From the human T2T-CHM13v2.0 reference genome, Homo sapiens: a stretch of 64,000 nucleotides of DNA. Each line of letters opens with the position of its first letter. Position 1 is the stretch's first letter. Shown one piece after another: positions 1-19,900 of this stretch. The stretch is from assembly GCF_009914755.1 (NCBI RefSeq), contig NC_060946.1, one strand, 5' to 3'. A model generated the notes under the pieces. That model was not told where the DNA came from. It was given only the letters and a program-made list of their open reading frames with translations, and did no database searches. A program made the translations under genes and the position numbers.

Positions 1-2074
1 TACTTCACCTAGTGGATCAGTGCAGAGATATTTCACAATACCCCCTGTGGGCAGATCCTAGACAAGAGCTGAATCAACTGGGTGATCAGTGCAGAGATAT
101 TTCACAATGCCCCCTTTGGGCAGAGGGTAGACAAGAGTAACATCCCCTAGGGATCAGTGCAGAGATTTGTCAAAATTCCCTGTAGGCAGTGCTTATAAAA
201 GTGTTACATCACCTAAGTGATCAGTGCAAATATATGTCACAAAGCTCCTGTTGGCAGAACTTAGATGAGTTACATCAACTGGGTGATCAGTGCAAAGGTA
301 TGTCACAACGCCCCGTCTAGGTAAAGCCTAGACAATAGTTACATCACTTGAGTGATCAGTGGTGAGATCTCTCACTATTCCCCTGTTAGTAGAGCTTACA
401 CAACAGTTACATCACCTGGGTGATCAGTGCAGAGATATCTCACAATGCCCCCATAGGCAGATCCAAGACAAGAGTCCGTCACCTGGGTGATCAGTGCAGA
501 AATATATCACAATGCCCTCTTAGGCAGAGCCTAGACAAAAGCCCCATCACTTGGATGATCAGTGTAGAGTTATGTCACAAAGTCCCTTTAGGCAGATCCT
601 AGACAAGAGTTACATCACTTGGATGATCAGTGCAGAGATATGTCACTGTGCCACTGTAGGCAGAGCCTAGACAAGAGTTACGTGACCTAGGTGATCAGTG
701 CAGAGATACATCACAATGTCCCTGTAGGCAGAGCCTTGACAAGTGGTACATCACCTGGGTGATCATTGCAGGGATATGTCACAAAACACCCTGTAGGTAG
801 ATTGTAGATAAGAGTTACATCACCTGGGTGATCAGTGCAGTGACATGTCACAATGCCACTGTAGGCAGAGCCTAGACAAGAGTTATATCACCTCGATGAT
901 AAATACAGTCATATGTCACAATGCCGTGTAGCCAGAGCCTAGACTAAAGTTGCAGCACCTGAGAAATCAGTGCAGAGATATGTCACAATCTCCCCAGTAG
1001 GCAGAGACCAGGCAAGATTTGGATCACCAAGGAATCAGTGCAGAGATGTGTCTCAATCCCCCTCTGGGCAAAACTTAGACAAGAGTTACATCACCTCAGT
1101 TAACAGTGCAGAGATATGTCAAAATGCCCCTGTAGGCAGAGCCTACAGAAGTGTTACATCACTTAGGTGATCAGTGCAGAAATATGTCACAATACCCCCT
1201 ATAAACAGAGCCTAGACAAGAGTTACATCACCTGGGTGATCAGTGCAGAGGTATGTGACAAGGCCCCTTTAAGCAGAGCCTGGAAAACAGTTACATCACC
1301 TAAGTGATCAGTGCAGAGATCTGTCACCATGCCCCTTTAGGCAGAGCTTAGACCAGAGTTACATCACCTGGGTGATCAGGGCAGAGATATCTCAAAATGC
1401 CCCTATAGGCAAATACAATAAACAATAATGTCACCTGGGTGATCGGTGCAAACATACGTGACAATGCCCCCAGTAGGCAGAGCCTAGAGAAGAGTCCCAT
1501 CACCTGGGTGATCAGTGCAGAGATATTTCACAATGCCCCTGCAGGCAGAGCATAAGCAAGAGTTACATCACCTAGATGATCAGTGCAGAGATATGTCACA
1601 AAGCCCCCTATACGCAGAGCATGGAGAAGAGTTACATCACCTTGGTGATCTCTGCAGTGATATGTCCCTATGCCCTGTAGGTAAAGCCTAGTCAAGCATT
1701 ACATCACCTGGGTAATCAGTGCAGAGATATGTCACAAAGCCCCCATACACAGAGCCTAGACAAGAGTCCCATCACCTGGATGATCAGTGTAGAAATATGT
1801 CACAATGCCCCCATAGGCAGATCCAACACGAGAGTTACATCACCTGGGTGATCAGTGTAGAGATATGTCACAATGCCCCCATAGGCAGAGCCTAGACAAA
1901 AGTCCCATCACCTGGGTGATCAGTGTAGAGATATGTCACAATGCCCCCATAGGCAAAGCCTAGACAAAAGTCCAATCACCTGGGTGATCAGTGCAGAGAT
2001 ATGTCACAAAGCCCCTGTAGGCAGAGCCTAGACAAGAGTTACATCACTTTGTTGATCAGTTCAGAGATGTATCA
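1..2074 (+). repeat. Beta-satellite (68-bp Sau3A/BSR) block 1
   Basis: Tandem ~68-bp monomers close to GATCAGTGCAGAGATATGTCACAATGCCCCTGTAGGCAGAGCCTAGACAAGAGTTACATCACCTGGGT; this orientation is called + here. Confidence 0.97.
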
Positions 2075-6203
<4,129 letters not shown>

Positions 6204-9200
6204 GGACATATATCTCAAATGATCAACAAAGTGATGTAACTCTTGTCTAGGCTCTGCCTACAGGGGCTTTGTGACATATCTCTGCCCTTATCACCCACCT
6301 GATGGGACTTTGTGTAGGCTCTGCCTATGGGGACATTGTGACATATCTCTACACTGACCACCCAGGTGATGTAACTCTTGTGTTGGATCTACCTATCGGG
6401 GCATTGTGACATGTTTCTGCACTGATCACCCAGGTGATGTAATGCTTGACTAGGCTCTGCCTACGGGGCATAGTGACATATCACTGCATTGATCACCGAG
6501 GTGATGTAACTCTTCTCCAGGCTCTGCCTATAGGGGGCCTTGTGACATATCTCTGCACTGATCATCTAGGTGATGTAACTCTTGCTTATGCTCTGCCTGC
6601 AGGGGCATTGTGAAATATCTCTGCACTGATCACCCAGGTGATGGGACTCTTCCCTAGGCTCTGCCTACTGTGGGCATTGTCACATATTTCTGCACTGATC
6701 ACCCAGGTGACGGACTCTTGTCTTGGATATGCCTATTGGGACATTGTGACAGATCTCTGCACTGATCACTCAGGTGATGTAACTATTGTCTAGGCTCTGC
6801 TGAATGGGGCCTTATCATATATCTCTGCACTGATCTCCCAGGTGATGTAACTCTTGTCTAGGCTCTGCTTACATGGGGTATTGTGACATAGCTCTGCACT
6901 GATCACCTAAGTGATATAACACCTGTGTAGGCTCTGCCTACAGGGGCATTTTGATATATTTCTGCACTGTTAACCGAGGTGATGTAACTCTTGTCTAGGC
7001 TGTGCCCACAGGGGGATTGAGACATATCTCTGCACTGATCCCAAGGTGATCCAACTCTTGCCTGGTCTCTGCCTACTGGGGACATTGTGACTTATCTCTG
7101 CACTAATCTCCCAGGTGCTGTAACTTTAGTCTAGGCTCTGGATACACAGCATCGTGACATATCACTGCACTGATCACCCAGGAGATATAACACTTATCTA
7201 GGCTCTGCCTACAGGGGGCTACTGACATATCTCTTCACTGATCACCCAGGTGATATAACTCTTCTCTAGGATCTGCCTACATGGTTCTTTGTGACATATT
7301 CCTGCAATGATCACCCAGGTGATATACCACTTTTCAAGGCTCTGCCTACAGGGGCATTGTGACATAACTCTGCACTGATCACCCAGGTGATGGGACTTTG
7401 TCTAGGCTCTGCCAACAGTGGCATTGTGACATATCTCTGCACTGATCACCCAGGTGATGCAACTGTTGTAGAAGTTCTGCCTACAGGGGAATTGTGAGAG
7501 ATCTCACCACTGATCACCCAAGTGATGTATCTATTGTCTAGGCTTTGCCTACAGGAGGCTTTGTGACATACCTTCACACTGATCACCCAGGTGATGTAAC
7601 GCATCTAAGTTCTGCCTACAGGAGCTTTGTGACTTATCTCTGCACTGATCACTTAGGTGATGTAACATTTTTATAAGCACTGCCTACAGGGAATTTTGAC
7701 AAATCTCTGCACTGATCACCTAGGTGATGTAACTCTTGTCTACCCTCTGCTCAAAGGGGGCATTGTGAAATATCTCTGCACTGATCACCCACTGATTCAA
7801 CTCTTGTCCAGGATCTGCCTACAGGGGGCGTTGTGAAATATCTCTGCACTGATCAACTAGGTGATGTAACTGTTTTCTAGGCTCTGCCTACAGGGACATT
7901 CTGACATATCTCTGCACTGATCACCCAGGTGATGCAACTTTTCTCTATTCTCTGCCTACAGGGGACATTGTGACTTATCTCTGCACTGATCACCCAGGTG
8001 ATGCAACTCTTCTCTATGCTGTGCCTACAGGGGGCATTGTGACATATCTCTGCACTGAACCCCGGGGTTATGTAACTCTTGTCTAGGCTCTGCCTATGGG
8101 GGCATTGTGACTTATCTCTGCACTGATCACCCAGGAGTTGTGAGTCTTGTCTAAGCTCTGCCTAGAGGGACATTGGGACATATCTCTGCACTGATGTCTG
8201 AGGTGATGTAAAACTTGTCTAGGCTTTGCCTACAGTGTGATTTATGACTTATCACTGCACTGATCACCGAGATGATGTAACTCTTGTATAGGCTGCGCCG
8301 ACAGGGGGCACTGAGACATATGCCTGCACTGATCACGAAGGTGATGCATCTCTTGTCTAGGATCTGCTTACAGGGGCACTGTGACATATCTCTGCCCTGA
8401 TCACCCAGGTGATGTAACTCTTGTTTAATCTCTGCCTACTGGAGACATTGTGACATATCTCCGCACTAATCACCCAGGTGATGTCACTTTTATCAAGGAT
8501 ATGGCTACAGGGACACTGTGACATGTCACTGCACTGATCACACAGCTGATGTAACTCTTGCCTAGGCTCTGGATACAGGGGGCTTGTGACACATGTCTGT
8601 ACTGATCAACCAAGTGATGAAACTCTTCTCTAGGCTCTGCCTACGGGGGCTTTGTGACACATCTCTGCACTGATCACTCTGGGGAAGAAACTCTTGTCTA
8701 CACTCTGCTTAGAGGAGGCTTTATGACTTATAACTGCACTGATAACCTAGGTGATGTAACACTTGTCTAGGCTCTGTCTACACGGGAATTCACACATATC
8801 TCTGCACTGATAACCCAGGTGATGTAACTCTGGTCTAGGTTCTGCTTACAGGGGTTATTGTGACATATCTCTGCACTGATCACCTAACTGGTGTAACACT
8901 TGTGTAGGCTCTGCCTACAGGGGCATTTTGACATATCCCTGCACTGTTAACCGAGGTGATGTAACTCTTGTCTAGGTTGTGCCCACAGGGGGATTGAGAC
9001 ATATCTCTGCACTGATCCCGAGGTGATCCAACTTTTGCCTGGTCTCTGCCTACTGGGGACATTGTGACATATCTCTGCACTGATCTCCCAGGTGAGGTAT
9101 GTTTAGTCTAGACTCCGGCTACACGGCATTGTGACATATCACTGCACTGATCACCCAGGTCATATAACTCTTGTATAGGCTCTGAAGACAGGGGGCTTGT

Positions 9201-12200
9201 GACATATCTATCTCTGCACTGATCACCCAGGTGATATGAGTCTTCTCAAGGATCTGCATACAGGGTTCTTTGTGACATATCCCTGCAATGATCACCCAGG
9301 TGATATAACAAACTTCAAGGCTCTGCCTACAGGGGCATTGCGACGTATCTCTACACTGATCACGTAGGTCATGAAACTCTTGTCTAGGTTCTGCCTACAG
9401 TGGCATTGTGACATATCTCTGCACTGATCACCCAGGTGATGTAACTCTTTTCTACGATCTGCCTACAGGTTGCTTTGTGACATATCGCTGCAATGATCAC
9501 CAAGGTTATGTACCACTTGTCAAGGCTCTGCCTACAGGGACATTGCCATGTATCTCTGCACTGATCACCTAGGTCATGAAACTCTTGTCTAGGCTCTGCC
9601 TACAGTGGCATTGTGACATATCTCTGCACTGATCATCCTAGTGATGTAAATCTTGTCTAGGATCTGCCTAAAGGGTGCTTTGTGACATAATTCTACACTG
9701 ATCATCCAGGTGATGGTACCTTTGTCTAGGCTCTGCCTAAGGGGGCATTGTGACATATTTCTGCACTGATCACCCAGGTGACGGACTCTTGTCTTGGATC
9801 TGCCTATGGGGTCATTGTGACATATCTCTGCACTGATCTCCCAGGTGATGTAACTGTTGTAGAAGTTCTTCCTACAGGTGAATCGTGAGAGATCTCGCCA
9901 CTGATCACCCAAGAGATGTAACTACTGTCTAGGCTTTGCCTGCAGGGGTCTTTGTGACATACCTTTGCACTGATCAGCCAGGTGATGTAACTCATCTAAG
10001 TTCTGCCTACAGGAGCTTTGTGACATATCTCAGCACTGATCACATAGGTGATGTAACACTTTTATAAGCACTGTCTACAGGGAATTTTGACAAATCTCTG
10101 TACTGATCACCTAGGTGATGTAACTCTTGTCTACCCTCTGCCCAAAGGGGGCATTGTGAAATATCTCTGCACTGATCAATCAGGTGATTCAACTCTTGTC
10201 TAGGTTCTGCCTACAGGGGGTATGTTGAAATATCTCTGCACTGGTCAACTAGGTGATGTAACTCTTGTCTAGGCTCTGCCTACAGGGGCGTTTTCACATA
10301 TCCCTGAACTGAAGACAAAGGTGATGTAACTCTTGCCTAGGCTTTGCCTACAGGGGACATTGTGACATACCTCTGCACTGATCACCCAGGTGATGCATCT
10401 CTTCTCTGTGCTCTGCCTACAGGGGACATTGTGACATATCTCTTAACTGATCACCCAGGTGATGCAACTCTTCTCTATGCTCTGCATACAGAGGGCATTG
10501 TGACATATCTGTGCACTGATCACGTAGGTGATGTAACACTTTTCTAGTCTCTGCCTACAGAGGGCGTTGTGACATCACTCTGCACGGATCACCCGGGTTA
10601 CGTAACTCTTGTCTAGGCTCTGCCTATGGGGGCATTGTGACTTATCTCTGCAGTGATCACCCAGGACATGTTACTCTTGTCTAAGCTCTGCCTAGAGGGA
10701 CATTGGGACATGTCTCTGCACTGATCGCTGAGGTGATGTAAAACTTGTCTAGGCTTTGCCTAAAGTGGGATTTATGACATATCTCTGCACAGATCACCCA
10801 GGTGATGTAACTCTTTTCTGGGCTCTGCCTACAGGGACATTTTCACATATCACTGGACTGATCACCGGGATGATGTAAATCTTGTATAGGCTTTGCTGAC
10901 AGGGGGCATTGAGACATATCTCTGCACTGATCCCAAGGTGATCCAACTATTGCCTGGTCTCTCCCTACAGGGGACATTGTGACATATCTCTGCCCTGATC
11001 TCCCAGGTGATGTAACGCTTGTCTAAGCTCTGCCTACTGGAGACATTGTGACATATCTCCACAGTGATCACCCAGGTGATGTCACTTTTCTCAAGGATAA
11101 GGCTACAGGGACATTGTGACATGTCACTGCACTGATCACACAGCTGATGTAACTCTTGCCTAGGCTCTGGCTACAGGGTGCTTGTGACACATCTCTACAC
11201 TGATCACCCAGGTGATGTAACCCTTGTCTAGGCTCTGCCAAAAGGGGCCATTGTGACATAACTCTGCACTGATCATCCAGGTGATGGGACCCTTGTCTAG
11301 GCTCTGCCTACAGAGGCATTGTGACTTATCTCTGCAGTGATCAGGCAGGTGATGTAACTCTTGTCTATATCTGCCTACTGGCGGCATTGTGGCATACTTC
11401 TGCACTGATCACCCAGGTGATGGACTCTTGTCTTCGATCTGCCTATGTGGGCATAATGATATATCTCTGCACTGATCACTCAAGTGATGTAACGCTTGTC
11501 TAAGCTGCGCCTAAAGGGGAATTGTGACAGATATCTCCACTGATCACCCAGGTGATGTAACTCTTGTCTAGGCTCTGCTTACAGGGGGTATTTTGATATA
11601 TCTCTGCTTTGGTCCCCTAAGTGATGTAACAATTGTGTAGGCTCTGCCTACGGGGCATTTTGACTTATCTCTGCACTGTTAACCGAGGTGATGTAACTGT
11701 TGTCTAGGCTGTGCCCACAGGGGTATTGGGACATATATCTGCACTGAATCCTAGGTAATCCAACTCTTGCCTGGTCTCTGCCTACTTGGGACATTGTGAC
11801 ATATCTCTGCACTGATCTCCCAGGTGCTGCAACTTTAGTCTAGGCTCTGGCTACACGGCATTGTGACATATCTCTGCACTTATCACCCAGGTGATATAAC
11901 TCTTCTCTAGGCTCTGCTTACAGTGGCATTGTGACATATCTCTGCACTGATCACCCAGGTTTGTAACTCTTTTCTAGGATCTGACTACAGGGTGCTTTGT
12001 GACATATCCCTGCAATGATCACCCAGGCAATGTACCACTTGTCAAGGCTCTGCCTACAGGGACATTGCGATGTATCACTGCACTGATCACCTAGGTCATG
12101 TAACTTTTGTCTAGGCTCTGCCTACAGTGGCATTGTGACATATCTCTGCACTGATCATCCCAGTGATGTAACCCTTGTCTAGGATCTGCCTAAAGGGACT

Positions 12201-14243
12201 TTGTGACATAACTCTACACTGATCATCAAGGTGATGGGGCTTTTATCCAGGCTCTGCCTAAGGGGGCATTGTGACATATTTCTGCACTGATCACCCAGGA
12301 GATTTGACTCTTGTCTAAGCTCTGCCTAGAGGGACATTGGGACACATCTCTACACTGATCGCTGAGATGATGTAAAACTTTTCTAGGCTTTGCCTACAGT
12401 GGGATTTATGACGTATGTCTGCACTCATTACCCAGGTGATGTAACTCTTGTCTAGGCTCTGCTTACAGGGGGTATTGTGAGATATCTCTGCACTGATCAC
12501 CCAGATGATGTAACTCTTGTCTAGGCCCTGCCTACAGGAGCATTTTAACAAATCACTGCGCTGATCACCGAGAAGATGTAACTCTTGTATAGGCTTCGCC
12601 GAAAGGTGGCATTGAGACATATCTCTGCACTGATCACGAGGTGATGCAAGACTTGTCTGGATCTCGTTACACGGGGCATTGTGACATGTCTCTGCCCTGA
12701 TCACCCAGGTGATGTAACTCTTGTCTAGGCTCGGCCTACAGGGGCTTTGTGACATATTTCTGCACTGATCACCCAGGTGATGTAACTCTTGTTTTGGCTC
12801 TGTCTACAGAGTCTTTGTGACATATCTCTGCACTGATCCCCCAGGTGATGTAACATTTATCTAGCCTCTGCCTACAGGGGCGTTTTGAGATAGCTCTGCA
12901 CAGATCACCTAGGTTTTGTAACTCTTGTCCACTCTCTGCCTACAGGGGGCATTGTGAAATATTTCTGCACTGATCACCCAGGTGATGGGACTCTTCTCTA
13001 TACTCTGCCTAGAGGGGGATTTCTGACATATCTCTGCTCTGATCTCCCAGGTGATGGAAGTCTTGTCTAGGCTCTGTATATGGGGGCATTATGTCAAATA
13101 TCTGCACTGATCACCAGGTGATGTAACTCTTGTCTAGGCTCTGTCTACAGGGATTTTTGTGACATATCACTGCACTTTTCACCAAGGTGATGTAAGCCTT
13201 GTATGGGATTTGCGTATAGAAAACTTTCTGACATATCTATGCACTGATCTCTGAGGTGATGCAACTCTTCTCTAGGCACGGCCTACAGGGGACGTTGGTG
13301 TATCTCTCTGCACTGAACACCCAGGTGATGGGCTCTTGTCTTAGATCTGACTACATGGTCATTGTGACACACCTCTGAACTGATCAACCAAGTGATGAAA
13401 CTCTTCTAGGCTCTGCCTACAGGAGCTTTGTGACACATCTCTGCACTGATCACACTGTTGAGGGAACTCTTGTCTACACTCTGCCTACAGGAGGCTTTAT
13501 GACTTATACCTGCACTGATAACCGAGGTGATGTAACACTTGTCTAGATTCTGCCTACACGGGAATTCTTACATATCTCCGCACTGATCACCCGGGTGATG
13601 GAACTCCTGTCTACGTTCAGCCTACAGGAGGGTTTTGACATATCTCTGCACTGATCACCCAGGTGATGTAACCCTTGTATAAGCTCTGCCTGCAGGCGCA
13701 TTGTGACAGACCTCTCCACTGCTCAACCAGGTGATATAACACGTTTCTGGGCTTTGCCTACAGGGGGCTTTGTGATATACATTTCCACTGATCAAACAGG
13801 TGATGTAAAGCTTGTCAAGGTTCTGCTTACAGGGGTTTTGTGACATATCTCTGCACTGATCACCACAGGGAGGAAACACTTCTCTACACTCTGCCTACAG
13901 GAGGCTTTACGACTTACCCCTCCACTGATCACTAGGTGATGTAACACTTGTCTAGGCTCTGTCTTTACCGGAATTTTCACATATCTCTACACTGATCACC
14001 TAAGTGATGTAACCCTTGTCTAGGTTCAGCCTACTGGAGATTTCTGACATACCTATGCACTGATCACCGAGGTGATGTAAATCATTTCCATGCTTTTTGT
14101 ACAGGGGACATTGTGAAATATCTCTGCACTGAACACCCAAATGATGCAAATCTTCTCTAGACTCCACAGGGAGGGGGAATTGTGACATATTTCTGAAATG
14201 ATCATCCAGGAGATGTAAGTATTCTCCAGGCTTTGACTAAAGA
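6204..14243 (-). repeat. Beta-satellite block 2
   Basis: Reverse-oriented 68-bp monomers; the last ~1.3 kb is the conserved pLAM-adjacent monomer series. Confidence 0.97.
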
Positions 14244-16958
<2,715 letters not shown>

Positions 16959-19900
16959 TGACACATCTCTGAACTGATCAACAAAGTGATGGAACACTTG
17001 TCTAGGCTCTGCCTACAGGGGCTTTGTGACATATCTCTGCACTGATCACCCAGGTGATGGGACTTTTGTCTAAGCTCTGCCTATGGGACATTGCGACATA
17101 TCTCTACACTGATCACCCAGGTGATGTAACTCTTGTCTAGGCTCCACCTTCAGGGGTTTTGTGACGTATCTTTGCACTGATCACCCAGGTGACGTAACAT
17201 TTATCTCAGCTCCGCCTACAGGGGGTTTTGACATAGCTCTGCACAGATCACCTAGTTTATGTAACCCTTGTCCAGTCTCTTCCTACAGGGGGCATTGTGA
17301 AATATCTCTGCACTGATCACCCAGGTGATGGGACTCTTCTATATACTCTGCCTAGAAGGGGATTTGTGACATATCTCTGCACTGGTTACCCAGGTGATGG
17401 AAGTCTTGTCTAGGCTCTGTCTTTGGGGGCATTGTGTCAAATTTCTGAACTGATCACCCAGGTGATGGAATCTTGTCTTTGATCTGACTACATGGAGATG
17501 GTGACACATCTCTGAACTGATCAACCAAGTGACGAAACTCTTGTCTAGGCTCTGCCTATAGGGGCTCTGTGACACATCTCTGCACTGATCACCCAGGTGA
17601 TGCAACTCTTCTCTATGTTCTGCCTACAGGGGTCATTGTGATATATCCCTACACTGATTACCCAGGTGATGTAACTCTTTTCTAGGTTCTGCCTACAGAG
17701 GGCTTTGTGACAACCCTCTGCACGGATCACCTGGGTTATGTAACTCTTGTCTAGGCTCTTCCTATGGGGGCAGTGTGACTTATCTCTGCACTGATTACCC
17801 AGGAGATGTGACTCTTGTCTAAGCTCTGCCTAGAGGCACATTGGGACATATCTCTGCACTGATCGCTGAGGTGATGTAAAAATTGTCTAGGCTTTGCCTA
17901 TAGTGGGATTTATGACATATCTCTGCACTGATCACCCAGGTGATGTAACTCTTGTCAAGGCTCTGCTTACAGGGGATATTGTGAGATATCTCTGCAATGA
18001 TCACCCAGGTGAAGTAACTCTTGTCTAGGCTCTGCTTACAGGGGATATTGTGAGATGTCACAGCACTGGTCACCCAGGTGATGTAACTCTTGTCTAGGCT
18101 CTGCCTACAGGGGAGTTTTAACATATCACTGCACTGATCATGGAGATGATGTAACTCTTGTATAGGCTTTGCCGACTGGGGGCAATGAGACATATCTCGG
18201 CACTGATCACCGAGGTGATGCAACTCTTGTCTGGGATCTGCTTACAGGGGGCATTGTGACATATATCTGCCCTGATCACCCAGGTGATGTAACCCTTCTC
18301 TACGCTCTTCCTACTAGAGACACTGTGACATATCTCCGCACTGATCACCCAGGTGATGTAACTTTTGTCAAGGATATGGCTACAGGGACATTGTGACATG
18401 TCACTGCACTGATCACACAGCTGATGTAACTCTTCTCCAGGCTCTGGCTACAGGGGGCTTGTGACACACCTCTGCAATGATCACCCAGGTGATGTCACCC
18501 TTGTCTAGGCTCTGCCAAAAGGGGGCATTATGACATAATTCTGCACTGATCACCCAGGTGATGGGACTCGTCTCTAGGCTCTGCCTACAGGGGCATTGTG
18601 ACATATCTCTGCAGTGATCACGCAGGTGATGTAACTCTTGTCTATATCTGCCTACTGGCGGCATTGTGGCATATTTCTGCACTGATCAACCAGGTGATGG
18701 ACTCTTGTCTTGGATGTGCTTATGGGGGCATAGTGACATATCTCTGCACTGATCACTCATGTGATGTAACGCTTGTCTAAGCTGTGCCTAAAGGGGAATT
18801 CTGACAGATATCTCCACTGATGACCCAGGTGATGTATCAATTTTCTGGGATCTGTCTAGAGGGGACTTTGTGACATATCTTTGCACTGGTCACCCAGGAG
18901 ATGTAACTCTTGTCTAGGCTCGGCCTACAGGGGCTTTGTGACATATTTCTGTACTGATCACCCAGGTGATGTAACACTTGTCTTGGCTCCACTTACTGGG
19001 GGTATTGTGATATAACCCTTCTCTAGGATCTGCCTGCAGAGTTCTTTGTGACATATCCCTGCAATGATCACCCAGGTGATATACCACTTGTCATGGCTCT
19101 GCCTACAGGGGCATTGCGATATATCTCTGCCCTGATCACCGAGGTCATGTAACTCTTGTCTACGCTCTGCCTACAGTGGCATTGTGACATATCTCTACAC
19201 TGATCATCCAGGTGATGTAACTCTTCTCTAGGATCTGCCTACAGGGTGCTTTGTGACACATCCCTGCAATGATCACCCAGGGGATGTACCACTCGTCAAG
19301 GCTCTGCCTACAGCGACATTGCGATGTGTCTCTGCACTGATCACCTAGGTCATGTAAATCTTGTCTAGGCTCTTCCTACTGTGGCATTGTGACATATCTC
19401 TGCAATGATCATCCAAGTGATGTAACTGTTGTCTAGTTTCTGCCTAAAGGGTCTTTGTGACATATCTCTGCACTGATCGTCCAGGTGATGGGGCTTTTGT
19501 CTAGGCTCTGCCTAAGGGGGCATTATGACATATTTCTGCACTGATAACCAGGTGACGGACTCTTGTCTTGGATCTGCCGATGGGGGCATTGTGACATATC
19601 TCTGCACTGATCACCCAGGTAATGTAACTGTTGTAGAAGTTCTGCCTACAGTGGAATTGTGAGAGATCTCGCCACTGATCACCCAAGTGATGTAACTATT
19701 GTCTAGGCTTTGCCTACAGGGGGCTTTGTGACATACTTTTGCACTGATCACCCAGGTGACGTAACTCATCTAAGTTCTGCCTACAGGAGCTTTGTGACAT
19801 ATCTCTGCACTGATCGCTTAGGTGATGTAACACTTTTATAAGCATTGCCAACAGGGAATTTTGACAAATGTCTGCACTGATCACCTAGGTGATGTAACTC

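Noticed and set aside
1-2074. CRISPR-like repeat/spacer appearance
   Set aside because: The whole monomer is repeated with no unique spacers, there are no cas genes, and the sequence is a primate satellite.
8424-8429. Another minus-strand ATTAAA, and plus-strand AATAAA at ~1417 and ~49022
   Set aside because: The first is 5.8 kb from a copy with a dead ORF and in a different monomer context. The others are upstream of, or antisense to, the neighbouring DUX units.
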